A stretch of DNA of 63,197 bases, counting the filler, from Circinaria calcarea (taxonomy: Eukaryota): the NCBI GenBank assembly GCA_051942165.1. It is 13 parts of 13 records of this genome, joined end to end, with 100 filler letters (N's around TTAATTAATTAA, not from the genome) between each part and the next. Parts side by side here need not be neighbours in the genome. Positions count along the whole stretch, not along the records: positions 48,713 to 53,475 come from JAVECS010002195.1; positions 53,576 to 58,338 come from JAVECS010002196.1; positions 58,439 to 63,197 come from JAVECS010002197.1; 10 more parts are not named here. One strand, written 5' to 3'. Shown here one piece after another: positions 48,835 through 62,225 of this stretch (position 1 is the first letter of the stretch; each line of letters begins with the position of its first letter). The notes under the pieces were generated by a model that was given only the letters and a program-made list of their open reading frames with translations, ran no database searches and was not told where the DNA came from. The position numbers were made by a program, and so were the translations under genes.

Positions 48835-51800
48835 AGGTCCACAGCCCGCATGGGCCTATGCGCTCTTCTCAGCCAGTCACCTGTAAAAAACCCCCCCCGG
48901 GTGCCCGTTGAGTGGAATTTCTGCAGAAGCAGGGTATCGGGTATTGACGGAAACGGGAACGTAAGAAGAATGAAATTAAAACCTTTTCGCTGGCTGAGAT
49001 TACCAAGTTCGATATTCTAGGTGGTTGGGATACTCGGAACGATTGGGATATTTGGGGGGAGGGCCCAAGGGATAGCTTCAAGGAGATGGGAAACACAAAA
49101 ACCTAGCTGGAATTCGGGTTGTCATTGCTTTCCGCAAAGCTGATGAAATCCTTTCGTCTGACGCTGTTATGCATCTTGCTGCCCATTTCACATTTGAGAA
49201 ACAGAGAACACGTCGATCCTCATATAAGCTTGAGTTGGTTAGTTTGGATCGATGGAATTCGAGGGTCGAGGGTGTAAATGTGGTGGGTACGGCACGCTAA
49301 TCTGGTAATCTAGGGTCTTGGGGTGGGGCGAAGGGGAGAACGGGAGGGAAGAACGAGGCAAAAGGCAAAAGAGGTTAAGTGGTCGGGATGGATGGCATAA
49401 GTACGGGTGCGTGGGAGAGGAGATGGGTTAGAAGGATAAATGAAAGAAAGGGGTTAGACGTTGGTGATGGGTTATTCAAGAATGTGTTTAGACTAGTTTA
49501 TTCCGACTAATAGGAGGCATCCAAGGAGTTTTGAATGCGATTGGGGTTTGTGGCACAGATGGTGTGTAGGAGTCATTGAATGAGAGGGGCGGTGTTTTGT
49601 TTGCAGGTCCAGGGCCAGCCAATAGTGCGCTAAGACTGACCTCGGCGTCAATATGCCTGTGAGCTTGAGCTATTAGTTCAGATCAGCCCTGTCAGGGTGA
49701 GGGAAGGTCTGATATTGCCTAGGTACATCGGTCAGGAACTGAAATGGAAGAAGAGGACTGTATTGGCTGCACTGCTGGCGCCGATGTAGGCTGAGAGGAC
49801 GAAAAGTGGAGGATAATTTCTATTCTCTATAATTGTCGATGATGGAGATCTACACAAGTGATGCCTTCAGGGCCGCAAGTGTCTAGTATCTTTCGCAGTC
49901 GTTGGCTTACTAGAAGGAAGGGAGAGGCCAAAGAGAATAGAAGTGACTCAGAAGGAAAGAGACAGCAGGCGGGATGAAAGGAAGGTGTGGACTTTGTTTG
50001 ATACAACGTAACAACGAAGGGCGGTGAGATGCGGACAATAAGAGTATGTACTTACGATGAGTATGTAGAAAATCAGGCTTGCATCAGGGCAGAACAATAA
50101 AGGTGTCGAGTGGCAGGACAAAGTTGCATCTTGAGATGTCTCCACACTGTGTGCATGTTTTTACCCATGTCACGTATTCTGGGAGGAAAGGCAATCGAAA
50201 ATGCACGAGGAATTTCTGCGGGAAACAGACGGTGGATTTGTCTACGATGCACTGTGGCGAAATATAACAAGGCTGTCCCGATTCGGACAAGGGTCCTTTG
50301 GCGGTTAAAACTCGACTGGGATTTGGTGTAACGGAGTGTGCGTGTGGCTTCAGGGCTGTGGGTCGCCAAGCCCTGGTAGGATACAGAATTGCCAGGTGGA
50401 ATTTGCTCCGTACAGTAGCTTACGCGGACGTCGTGGGAGGCCTGTTTCGGCCAGAAGGCCTTTCAGCCTTGCCCCGATGGGGAGTGGATTTCCAGCCGTC
50501 AAGGCAGGGAAACAGTGCCAATGACTACTACAGTAGATAGGTGGTCAGTTCCGTCCACTTACACGATCCGCGAACGCTGGGACCTTTGCGCGATACTGAT
50601 TTGTAATCTTGCCGTCTAAAAGGCACTGTTCAGTCCAGCAGGAATGACTCTGGCTCCACAGGGCCACCGGCGTACGTGACTTGGGACCGAGGTGTCGGTG
50701 ATATTAGGTAAATTCGACAAGTACTTGAAAGTCTGTATGTATGGATCTTCTGTCTGGATATGATATCAGAAAGGGTTCGGGAAGAATCCAGATCGGATCG
50801 TAGATTTAGCGATAACCTTATACGCGCTGCATCAAACCCCGGGCGCGGAGAGCCCTCCGGTTATAATATCCTGGGTCTGCAATAAAAGATACTTGGCAGG
50901 GTTTGGCGCAAGTGAAGAAGACCAGGAGAAAAGAGAGCAATCTACAACAGACGTTTCTCAAACCCGCTCCCCAGAATGGTTTTGGTTTCAAGACCAGGTT
51001 GGAGAAACCTGTCCGAAAAGGTTATATAGAGTTCAGTGGGTCTGGAGAAGGTAAACGGCGGGTGGCTGGTATTATCGATACCAAAATGTGCTCTGACCAT
51101 TTTCTTTCCACTCCCCCCGTTCGTATAAAAAAGATCGCCTGCAGGCCAGCGTCGATTCGGGGGTCAACTGCCAAGAGTTTGCTAACTCGTTCAAGCCGGT
51201 TGCGAGAGGTGGGATTGTTGCCACGATCTACAGTGAAAGAAGCTTATCTGGCAACCTCGAATGCAATTGGTGGTGCATGGGGGATCGAGGGGCCACAGAG
51301 CTAAAATTGGCTGATTGAGAGGGGTAGCAAAATATCTGTGTGATCATACGTGGTCCATGGTACCCTGCATTTCCGTGATGATCTGTTCGGGATTCCCAGA
51401 GACCCGCTGGGTGGGAAAGGTGCATAGGACAGAGATGGATGATGATGATTCATATGTCTCGGGAATATGTCACCGCACATATCGGCGGTATGGTGAAGTT
51501 GGATTGTGATTGAGCAATCTAATTGATAATACCCATCGACAGGAATGGCATCCCTACTATAACGCCTGGCCAAAACATGGCATTTCACTGCATGGGAAAG
51601 AAGGAATGCCATGTTGCGCGTTCGGGATAGGCCGGAATTGACAGCCTGGGGGTTCCGGGCCATAGAACGTCCAGAGCTTGAAGGGTGCGTGACTCCAGTG
51701 GTAAACAAGCATCCCGGGCCAGGGTGTCAGAAAAGGGTAACACCGAAGTTTAACAGCGAACCTTTTCCATTCAAGGGGCCAGGGGGTTGGCTTTGGGCTG

Positions 51801-52947
51801 CCTCGGCCCTTTTCACTGTTGAGGCGCCCCAGCTTATCACTGCTGAGGGGATAGGGACCGGTACTCTTTTTCGCCACCACACGGCCTTGAAAATGGGATG
51901 ACCCCTTATGGATGGTAGCAGTCACTAGCCAGTTTCAATGGGGGTTTGGCCTTGGGGCAGCAGCAGTCGAGAGCTCGTTTGCATGTGAGCGCGAACCTTT
52001 CTTTCCATGCGCACGCACGAGAGATGGAGGGACAAAGCCTGAGATGGGGAATGCTGCTTCGCAAGAGACCAGCATTTTGGTTCACTGTCGCATCGCGTCG
52101 ACGAGAAGCTCGCTGGGATCCATACCATATAGGACATGTGAAGGTTGTGAGATGCGCCGTATAAAAGCCCGATCGAGAGGCCCTGGTCGCATTCCTCTTT
52201 CAGCCACAGCGGCAGTTGTTTGTGAGAAGGTTAATGCGGACCAAGCCCCGCAAGACCCATCCCTCTCTGTAACTTCCTTCCTCAATCGCATCGAAACCAG
52301 AAAGCTGCGCCGGCGGTGATTGGCTGCGGACCTCAGCTCCGGTCGGATGCTCAGAGGAATGAGGAGTTTCTAATCTGAAATGAGCGCCTACTGGGTAAAC
52401 GAGCGTAGCACGCGAGAAAGCGTAGCGGAGCTAACTCCGTGGTGAATTCTCTCTCCGTCGCTGGCCTCTGATTGGCTGGATGCGAGCGGAGACTGCTCCG
52501 GTCGAGATATTTGAAGCACGGCAAAGTCTACATTCCCCATCTCCCCCAATTTTCTACGGTCATGGCTCCGGCTCTCCAAACATCCTGCTGCGTTGCCACC
52601 AAATCATAAATAAATTCTAGCCCTCAACCATCCATTTCTGATCCTGCCATCATTTCTTGTCTTACCACTCACTCAATCCGTAGACCTCTCGTGCTCACTG
52701 CACAAGCAGCCCACTTGACCGCCTCTCGGACCTCCCTCCGGTATCACACAGCTGTCTCGTCCCGCTCCCTTATTTCAAAGCTGCTCTATAATCAAACTTG
52801 TACTGCAGAACTCGGTGCGGTCAGTCTCTTGATTAAAGGATTCGGTCTAGCCGGTGAAGTTTGGGATGCGCACTGGTGGTGGTAGAACCCACCCCCCCTG
52901 GTCATTTCGACTTTCCGGATACATCTGAGTTCGTGGCGACGACTACA

Positions 52948-53475
52948 ATGATGGCTCCCGACGTTCTCCAGACATCTGGCTTCTTCACTGCAGCAATTGC
53001 CGCGGAAAACGAAAACAACCCTTTCGAGGCTTCCTTCTTGGATATCGAGCAGTCAAAGCACGACTTTCTGCCAGCTCGCAACTTGGACAGCAACAGCTTC
53101 TTTCAAACAATGAGCCAGGAGTCATATACACCTCAATTCGGCTTTTCGCCTCAAGCGAGCCCAGGACCCTTCCAAACTAGCCTGCAACCCTCGAATCTCT
53201 GGAATACTCAGAGGCAAGCCAAGCTTCTTCAGTATCCGAATCCCTTGCTCCAGCAGGCGCCATCTCCACCGATGTCGACGGTATCCTCTCCCGAAAACTG
53301 GCCCTATGGTCTGTACCAGCAGCAGCCGCAACAGCAAGCGCAGCCCATGATGGCTCCTCCGAAGATTATCACTTTGAACCATCCGAACGATTCCTGCATC
53401 CAGTACGGTCAAGTCACTCCACCGGATGACATTCTGCCCGACGAGTACCGATACGAAGCCCAGCCACAGCCGCAA
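52948..53475 (+). CDS. N-terminus of a probable ATF/CREB-type bZIP transcription factor (AtfB/Atf21-like); 3' truncated
   Basis: Q/P/S-rich ORF with NPFEASF (resembles the Atf1/Sko1 NPFEQSF motif) and QYGQVTPPDD. Preceded by about 4 kb of gene-free DNA and a TATA-like ATAAATAAA near 52606. The bZIP domain itself is not in the window. Confidence 0.6.
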
Positions 53476-53575
53476 NNNNNNNNNNNNNNNNNNNNNNNNN
53501 NNNNNNNNNNNNNNNNNNNTTAATTAATTAANNNNNNNNNNNNNNNNNNNNNNNNNNNNNNNNNNNNNNNNNNNN
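53476..53575. other. Artificial contig linker
   Basis: 44 N + TTAATTAATTAA + 44 N. Confidence 0.99.
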
Positions 53576-53689
53576 AATGGAGGTCATGGTGGAGGGGGAG
53601 GGGGCGCGGAGGAGGGAAAGGCAGCTAGTGGCGGAGGGAAGATCCGAGTGGTAAAGGAGGTGCCGACGGGGCCGAGGAGGAAGGGCTGA
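53576..53689 (+). CDS. Possible C-terminal fragment of a Gly-rich protein
   Basis: Open from the contig edge: NGGHGGGGGGAEEGKAASGGGKIRVVKEVPTGPRRKG-stop. PTGPR is a common fungal low-complexity motif. Confidence 0.35.
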   Translation, partial: NGGHGGGGGGAEEGKAASGGGKIRVVKEVPTGPRRKG

Positions 53690-55037
53690 TGTGACACTGT
53701 GGTGGGAAGGGATAGGAGGTAGTTGGTAGATGATGCGAAATATGAATTCACGTAGTAAACGTACCTGAATCCCTGAATGCATCAACTAAACCCCATCGTG
53801 GTATCTGAGCCTGTCTTCCTGTCTCTGTGAAACACAAGAGGGAGAGATCAGAAAGGGTAAACAAACAGCCCTTTTAGGATCCCCGAACCCAACTCTCGAA
53901 GTACGGAGTACTGGTGTTCAAAAACCTTTCTTTTTTATATAGAGGGGAGACCCCTCCCTACCTTACCCCCATGCCCTGGAGAGGGAGAGCAAAAAAAAAC
54001 ATAAAAAAAATCAGCAGATTAGAGGGTTTTTGATTTTGTGGAAAACTTATTATTTTCACGTTTGAGAGTTCGACATTTCTCTGTTTCCAGCTCGAGGGGA
54101 GTTTGGAGGAAAATGAGGAGAGGGGGGGCCTCCTGTTCCAGTCACTATCCACGGTACTATATGTTTTAAACGAAATTTTCTAATTTTACCTACATGAAAA
54201 ACTAGGTTTCCCCAGACAATAGACAGACACCGACTAACCTTAAGTCTTAGGTCTTAGGTCTTGGAAAGCTGGGGGAACCCAAACCCCCCCACTCTCTCTT
54301 TTTCTTTTATACAGCTGGGGAGCCTCCCCCCTTCTCTTTTGTACAGTTTCTTCTTCCTGATACTGTCTCAATTGTTTCCTCGAACTATATTCTCTTCTCT
54401 ATATTCTTCTTTACCACAATCCCGCAAATAACACATGTGACTGTTGCAGACAAGTAAATTCACCCTGGAGGGTGGGAATCTAACACTTCTTCCCCCCCCC
54501 CCCCTTTTCAACCCAAATGTCTACTGCGGCTACTCCAATACAGCCTCGATAATGCTTTCCGAATCCTCCCTTCCCGTCCAGATTCGCGCAATCTTTAATC
54601 CGACAGCACCCAGTAGCTCACGCCACTGCTCCTCATTCGTTCCATGCCCGCAGTCACTGACATCATGTTGAGGTCGAAATGGGTGGTGAACAAGCTCGCT
54701 CCCTTCAGAGGAACTACCATTTCGTTAATGAGGGTCTTGGAGTATCCTCTGGACATGGCTGCTGCGAGCCCGTTGGTCGTATGCCTTCTCTCCATAACCT
54801 GGACCCACCCAGGCGACGACTCCTTTCTGGATACCCTCGCCAAAAGCCTTCTCGATCAAATCGAGCAAGCCACCAAATCCGTTTCAAACCACAGTTCCCG
54901 GAAGTTTTAAGCTTTTTACTTAGATAGTGTGGGCTCGGATTCCTAAAAAAATGTAACCTATACGCGGATTTAGAAGATGGCAACCGAAAAACCCATGCTC
55001 TCATTGAGGTCGGCGGTTACGGGGTCTGGGTCAATAT

Positions 55038-56113
55038 TCATTCGGGCGTCTGATGTTTCCACTTCTCTTTGAAAGCCTTGACGTCGATTCTACAAGCTTC
55101 GGCTTTTATGACAATTTGTTTTGCTTTCTTGATCACTGGTGCATCTATCATCTTGCCATCCAATGTCCAAGCACCTCTACCCTGTCGGCTAGCTATCTCG
55201 TCCGCAATTACAACTCGCACGGCCCACTCGGTCTCGGCTGCACTGGGAGCAAAAGCCCGCTGAGTGATCTCGACCTGGTTGGGATGGATGCATTGCTTGC
55301 CATTGAACCCTAGCCCCTTGCCGCCCCAACACTCTTCTTCCAAGATCCTTTGACCTTCTTCTCCTTGGTAGCTGGTACATACAAGATCAATGGTAGAAGG
55401 GAGCTCGTGTGCTCTACACGCAGTTGCTATAGCTGACCTCGCGAATAAAAACTCGGTGAGTGATGGCGTCCGTGTCAAGGATAGGTCCAGCGCAAAGTCC
55501 TCCGCGGCAAAGATGAGGCCGGACAGAGAGGACGTAGCTTTACAGATGCTCGAAAGGTTAGACAGCGCCTTGGCGGATTCGATCAAGGCCAGGACCTTGA
55601 TGGACGGTACTTCAGAATGTGCACCTGATGAAGACGGATATCGAGACGGAAGAGTATGTTTTATCACATCTGTAACAAAATGCAGATCGGATGCTGAGTC
55701 CACTTTAGGGACCACGATGGTGTCAAGATTTGGGCCTTTAAGCTAGTTTTAAGGATAAGCTGAGTAAGGTCTCGGGTTTGCTCGCAGTAGTACCACTTCA
55801 ATCAAGTCACCTAAGGCTAGTCCGCTTTCAACTGCGTTGATCCGAACAGCCTGCTCTTTGATTGTCATTGACCGCGGCTGTTCTAGCAACCGTCGGATAT
55901 TTTGACGCGCTTCGGCTTTCTTTCCTGGAGTGACGGAGTCCTCCAGGTCATACGCTACACAATCGACAGTAAGACTGTTGGCTTTCTCCAGCATCTTTTG
56001 GGACGACCCGGGAACTGAAGAGTGTTAACATCATCCTTGGCATTTGCTAGATAAGAGGTGTATTCGATACCGTATAGAAGAGCTCGACGAATGATAGGTG
56101 CAATGGAAGCCAT
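55038..56113 (-). CDS. Citrate lyase beta-subunit-like protein (CitE/CLYBL; citramalyl-CoA lyase-like)
   Basis: [14 protein letters not shown] / [23 protein letters not shown] / [47 protein letters not shown]. Two introns. Confidence 0.93.
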
Positions 56114-56292
56114 TATTGATACTTCCACGTAACATTGACAAAAGGATATATTCAGGGGGTCATATAGATTTATTAGGAGTATCTGAGCTTGAAGTGCCCA
56201 TAGAGAAAAGTAGGCAGTATCTTAGAAGTAGTTAGTTCCATGTAAAATAATTTTAGGTTTCTGCAAGGTATGGTAATCGAGCGCCAAGAAGT

Positions 56293-56356
56293 CCAATTCC
56301 CACCCAATTGGGTAAATTTTGACCTCAAGATACCTTCATCTCACAAACTGCCAATC
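56293..56356. promoter_or_regulatory. CCAAT-box cluster in a short divergent promoter
   Basis: CCAAT at 56293, palindrome ACCCAATTGGGT at 56302-56313 (CCAAT on both strands) and CCAAT at 56351, between ATGs at 56113 (-) and 56373 (+). Confidence 0.4.
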
Positions 56357-56372
56357 TAAACCACCCAAAGCC

Positions 56373-57656
56373 ATGCATAAATGGCATGTTCACGCTGCTT
56401 TAGGCAGAAATAAGCCATTATTTCCTCCCCCTCAGATATCAGACTCAATAGCCCTTTCCCTACGACAATTCCACATTTCCGCTCTTCGCGCCGAAGGTGA
56501 AGCGCAGCAGGGTACGGTGACCTTCTTTTCGCTTCGATCGTTGTATTGGGCAGCAAGCTAATCTTTATCAATGCAAGTAGCTTCTCCACCTTCTAATCGC
56601 ATCAGACGACAACAAACTTCTAATCAAGAAATCCAAAATCTCGTCAACCGCACGTCAGCAGCTCTACGCCCACCGCCGGAAGATCGACAGTCAAATAATG
56701 GGTACCGCTCAATTAACCTGGGTAACAATAACTCTAGACCTTTTCCAGTAGATCTTCGCTCCCTAGCTGCCCGACCTTCAAATACAGCGCAAAGTACAAG
56801 ACCGCTGGATGCGCGATCGTTAGGTGTAAGGCCCCTAGGGACACCGCAGAGCTTCGGACCAAGAGGCGGATTTCGAGGTGGATTAGGTGCTGGAGTCCGT
56901 GGCGGCAGTTCTCGCGGAGGTAGAGGGGCCAGAGGAGGGACTGTTGGACGAGGAAGGGGAGGAGCGAGGGGGAGGGATAGGGACGACGGAAAAGGTCCAC
57001 GACGGTCAAGGGGTAAGACAGGATCTGGAGGATATGCGATTACAGCTGAGATGATTGAAAACACGCCGCAAGAGACACTCTACCTGACGGAAAAGACTCA
57101 AAGAGAGAGGGCAGTTCCAATTCCATATGATCCTGCCGATATTAGCCCGGAGGATCTGGTTGGAGGCGGCCCAACAGTCATAGTGGGTCAATGGGGTATG
57201 AACGAGGTCGTCGAGGAAAGATTAAACAAGTTAGCGCCTACAGGTCTAAATGACGCCGGAACTCGGAGACAGGATTTGGCACGGGAACTCCTCCGAGGGA
57301 ATGTCGTAAGATTTAAAGACGAGGAAGAAAAAAACGGCGTCTTGGCAATGGCCGAGAGCATAGCGACCAAGGAAGCCGAGGAGAAGAGCGAGGAAAAGGG
57401 AAAGCTTATTGAAAGCAACTTTGAAGGATTCGAGCCGTTTGATGACGAATGGAATGTTCGGCTCTTATCCAATATGCTCAAAGGGGAGTACCGCCTTGCA
57501 GAAGAGACGAACAAGGAGGGAGATCCCCCGGACTTGGTACGGAACACCAGAAGAAACGAAACCTACCTCCCCAAGAATGAGGCTTCGCTTGCTGCCAAAG
57601 TCAGGAGCTTAGTTGCGGCGCAAAGTAACCGGCCACGAGTCAAGAAGACCGCTTAA
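56373..57656 (+). CDS. Uncharacterised protein with mitochondrial presequence-like N-terminus and RGG box
   Basis: Exon 1 MHKWH..LRQFHISALRAE (RxFHxS presequence-like motif), one intron, then an RGGFRGG..RGGRGARGG tract and C-terminal RRNETYLP. Confidence 0.78.
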
Positions 57657-58338
57657 GCCAGAGTGGCTGATTTCTTGGTGGGAAATTAATCACCTTCAGT
57701 CTTTCCACCATGTGCATTAATCCGGGGAGCATTTCTCAGCAAGATTAGAGTGGCCTGAGCGAAGAATCAGAAGGGTAGTGTGTAACATACGCATCTTCTC
57801 TTCACATCCTAGACGTTACTGTATAGAACTACCAACACCATCATCCACCGCATTCTCTCCAAGCCGAATAAATTAGTACCCAGTGTCCTTGGTTCCCTTC
57901 CCTCTCATAAACTTCTTACCCAAGTACCTAACCCCCTTCCCACTCCCATCCTCCCCCGATCAACTTTCATCCAATTGTTACCAAAAAACTTAACCTTTTC
58001 CAAAAAAACCCCCCAGGTTCGACATAAACCTTCCTACCACTCTCTCCCAATCTCTCTTTCACCTCTCACCTTCAAACCTCACTAGTTATTGGTGTGGCCT
58101 AAACTCACAAATAGCATATTTTAGGTTTCCACTCATCAGCCCCCCCTTCTTCTCGGTAAGATACTGTTTTGCCTACGGCCGCCTCACTTCCCCCTTTCCC
58201 ATTCCCTTTCCGCTTTCCCCCCAAAGAACCCCATCCCATAAACTCGAAAATCCATCATCCTCACCCCAACCCCCACAGAACATTCCACGCCCCCCGGGGA
58301 CCAATCCAATCCGTCCAGCCGCACCAGCGCCCTGTCAC

Positions 58339-58438
58339 NNNNNNNNNNNNNNNNNNNNNNNNNNNNNNNNNNNNNNNNNNNNTTAATTAATTAANNNNNN
58401 NNNNNNNNNNNNNNNNNNNNNNNNNNNNNNNNNNNNNN
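58339..58438. other. Artificial contig linker
   Basis: 44 N + TTAATTAATTAA + 44 N. Confidence 0.99.
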
Positions 58439-58447
58439 GACATTCAT

Positions 58448-60215
58448 TTATACAGCATACACCTCCTCCCCACCACAGGCACTATGCCGGTGGATTCTCT
58501 TCGGTAACGCCCGCTCCAAGGATCTGACCCTGGGTGAAGTCTTGGGCGGTAGGGAATCGAAGCTGACTCCGTAGGTGGCCACCGAGTGGGCAATGGCCTA
58601 TCGGGCACTTTTAGCAATACTCAGAAGTTTCCCCGCGCAACGTCACCTACCTTGCTATTCTGAATCCAAGCATCCATGTTGAGATTCTTCACAGTATCCC
58701 CGGCGCCGTGATAGTTGACATCATAAGCCACGCCCGCCTGCCCCGCGAAAAGGGCTTGTTCCTCGACAGTCTTGATTCCTTCCGCTCCCGTAAACAATCC
58801 ACTACTTGGCATTCCAGCATTGATAAAGGCTTGATAGTCGCTCCTACCGTCGAATTTGGTAGGTACTGTCTTCAAGCCAACCGAATTCAGATAGGTGACC
58901 AGTAGATTCTCGCCCTGGGCCGATCCCGGAGGACCAGATACGTTGAAGGCAGATCCATCGCCATCGTAGACAGCGTAGATATAATTTGGGGATGCTATCA
59001 TGTCGAAGTTGAGATAGATACGGATTTTGGCGATTTCCTCGGCCGAGAGCTGCGACACATAGTAATTCGATCCTAAAAGACCTATTTCTTCCGCGGCCCA
59101 GAACGAAAAGCGAATGGCATTGTTCACGCTGAATTTAGTGAGCTGGATAGCGATTTCGAGTAAAGCAAGTATGCCAGAGCCGTCATCATTGATGCCCGGA
59201 CCTTTCCTTCCGTTTAGCATCACGACAACATAGGGAATCAAAAGACCTACCGGCTGCGACAGAATCGGTGTGACCACCAAGCTGATACACATTATTGTGA
59301 TCCCCGCCCTTCGTTTCCGCAATGACATTATGACTAGGCCCCGTTAGCAATCACCTTTGGTAAGACCCAAATGGGAAGCTGACGTGGTACGATTCTCGGT
59401 AGTCGTCCGAACACTCAAATCTCCAATGATTGTCTGGCCACCGGTGATGGCCGTGAGCAGTGCAGTCCCGTTTGCGAGTGATATCCCAACCGTGGGAACA
59501 TAGGGTCCCTCAGGCCGTGGGGGCGCTCCCAGGGTTCCTGACAGCGCGGCACCTTCAACGTTATTATAGATCACGGCGCCAGCAGCGCCAGCACCACCTG
59601 CAAGAGCAGATTTTTGACCGAATGGGCACGTCCCCCGTGAAATTAGAGCGATTTTTCCAGCGACTGCAGCGGGGTAGTCAGTCTGGTTCACATTAGCCTA
59701 GGTTTCAGCAGTTTGAAGTTATATCGTAAAAGCAGACATACCGCATTGCAACCAAGGTTCGAGACCGGAACCAGCTCCTTTGACACAGCACCTGACGTTG
59801 AGAAAGTCATAAGTTGCGCTCCTTGTGATTTACCACCGACAGTGAAATTGGCACTGCCTTCGGAGATCAGCACTGTGAACTCCTGGCGCTGGACGTCGTA
59901 GTAGTCGAGGGCTGCCAAGGTGTTATATAGATAGTCGACTGTGGCTATATGCCCTGCACCCCCTACGAGCCGGTTCTTCTCGGGAGTGGCATCTGCGAAA
60001 CCTTGCAAGACGTTTGCTTTGGCCAAAAGATTAGACCGCAGAAGCACCCTACGGAGTTGATTCTGAATGTCTCCGTTAGGTCTAATATACTTGTCGGATC
60101 ATTCTGAACTGACCGATCGAACGAGTGGAAGAGCACCAGGTACTGCCGGTCCCGGGAGAGTAAGGACTGTACCAGCCAAAGCTGCAAGGCCAGCCAAAAA
60201 AAGTGGTATTTTCAT
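58448..60215 (-). CDS. Secreted M28 aminopeptidase with PA domain (Lap2/aminopeptidase Y-like)
   Basis: Signal peptide MKIPLFLAGLAALAG, PA domain KIALISRGTCPFGQK..AVIYNN, and zinc/catalytic motifs GGHTDSV, GINDDGSG, WAAEEIGLLGS, YLNFDMIASPN, GRSDY and YHGAGD. Five introns. Confidence 0.94.
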
Positions 60216-61331
60216 ATTAATGATATCTAGATGACTTGCTTCTTTTCAAAAGAATGGAATCCCCAAATCTGATGGGTATCATTGTGGGCATCAACATTCT
60301 TATGTACCCTCGCCTCCCTTGCTCCTTCGTCTATTGACCGAACGATAAGCTAGCCACTCCGATGGGATCATGTCTGACATGCAGTAGGGAGAATGGAAAA
60401 GGAAGCTCGATGGTCGGGAAGGACCGAGGCGGCGATATTGTGCTGCAAGTTCGGCGACTATACAGGCGAGACATGGCTACTCGGTCGCGGAAGAAGGCAA
60501 AGGAGGGAAGGAGCTTAAGATGCGCCAAGTTGCCAAGGACGACGATAGCCGGAAAGAAGAGATAGCGAGCGGGGTATGGGAGCGGACAAGTAGGAATCCT
60601 AAGAATCCATTGGACTATCGAAAGTATATGCCCGCGGTCAAGTGATGCGGTAATCTACTCCAGCGTACGGAGGTTGACCGATATACGTACTACCTTGAGC
60701 CGCTTGAAAGAAAAGAAGATGACGACCCGGCTTCAACGCTCACAATGGACTAACGCTTCCGTCGAAGCCCGCGAGTATTTTCAAAGATCAAACTTGTCCA
60801 TATGGTAAGACATATCACCGTAGCGGTTGGGGATAGACATCTCCGGTGCACTTGAAAAGTTCGTAAGATGACATAGGAATTCTTGCCACCCACTGGATGA
60901 GAGGATGAGAGGATAGGTGAAGTCAGTCCAACTGCCTCGCTTGGACTTGTTCCCTAGCAGTGAAGGATGCTTGCTATATATGTTAGGGTTCCACAATGGC
61001 GTTGAACCTACGAAGCTGGTGTAGGTAGAACCACACTCCTCTTCGCCACTGAAACACAGAGGACAGTTTCATGGCCGGTGAAACAGCCGTTGTGGCTGGA
61101 GACGGTTGAGCCTCAAAGAAATCGAGCCGGTCACGTGAGCCGGAGCTCGGACATGAAGTCAGTCTACGCCATATGCTCGGTGCAAGAAAGAAATAACCGC
61201 ATTCCCCTTCAGCTGTTGATATAATTCCAATCTCACCAGAACACCGGACCGTCGACACAATGTTGAACATAGCAAGAGCTTGCTGATGACAGTCTAACTC
61301 TCAACTTCGAAAGCGTCCCAAAGTCAGCGCA

Positions 61332-62225
61332 ATGCGATCCTTCCGAGTCTTCCAGCAAACGACCAGACTCTTCACTCAACATGCATCTCGAGCTACTCGG
61401 CAGAAATTCAGCAGCGCATTGCGTCGGCCCCTAACATCACCTCAATTTCCCTTTATCGACCTTTGCTTCCGGACTTCCCGTCACCCCTCCGTCAAACGCC
61501 TGCTTCACCGCCGCTTCGCCTCCTCTCAACCCCCCTTCAATCCAACCCCCAATCTCAATTCCCCCGAACCCGCCCTCTCCCTCTCCCAACGCCTCCGCAA
61601 ATTGAGTCGCGAGTATGGCTGGTCTGCTCTCGGTGTTTACCTCCTCCTCTCCGCCATTGACTTCCCCTTTAGCTTCCTTGCCGTGCGCCTGCTCGGGACC
61701 GATCGGATAGGGCGGTGGGAACATATTATAGTGGAATGGCTCAAGAGGGCATCACCGATCCAGATACCGACGAGGAAAGCAGCACCGGCGGTGGAAGTGG
61801 TGGGAACGGGGACAACGGTGGAGGCGTATGGGGTTGTGGATCCGAAAAATGATGTGGTGGCGGTGCCGGGGTATGATCATGGGGTTAAGGAGGCGGAACA
61901 GAGGAATAGGAGTGAGAATGCTAGTAAGTCTAATATCTGGATTGCCCCATTACCTCAATTCTTAAGCTGTATTTGCTGTCCTCGTTCTCCCTTACCATAG
62001 CTAACAACCCTTCTCCTCCCTCCCACAGGCATCTGGACCCAACTCGCCCTCGCCTACGCAATCCACAAATCCTTCATCTTCATCCGCGTTCCCCTCACTG
62101 CCGCCATAACGCCAAAAGTCGTCAAGGTTCTCCGAGGATGGGGTTGGAATATCGGGAAGATTCCGCAGAAGAACAAAGCGGCGATCGTGGCCAAGGGTAA
62201 GGGGATGCTTCGGAAGAAGGATTGA
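61332..62225 (+). CDS. NAT2: DUF1279 (FAM210/Nat2-like) mitochondrial protein
   Basis: Arg-rich presequence, LSQRLRKLSREYGWSALGVYLLLSAIDFPF, one intron, then IWTQLALAYAIHKSFIFIRVPLTAAITPKVVKVLRGWGWNIG. Confidence 0.9.

Noticed and set aside
54234..54265. Telomere-like repeat (TCTTAGG)n
   Set aside because: Only 2-3 imperfect internal copies, not TTAGGG
54644..54910. 88-aa ORF downstream of the CitE-like gene
   Set aside because: No recognisable domain or supporting splice structure
4781..58438. Regularly spaced TTAATTAATTAA as a biological repeat or CRISPR-like array
   Set aside because: Always centred in exactly 44+44 N; it is an artificial six-frame-stop linker
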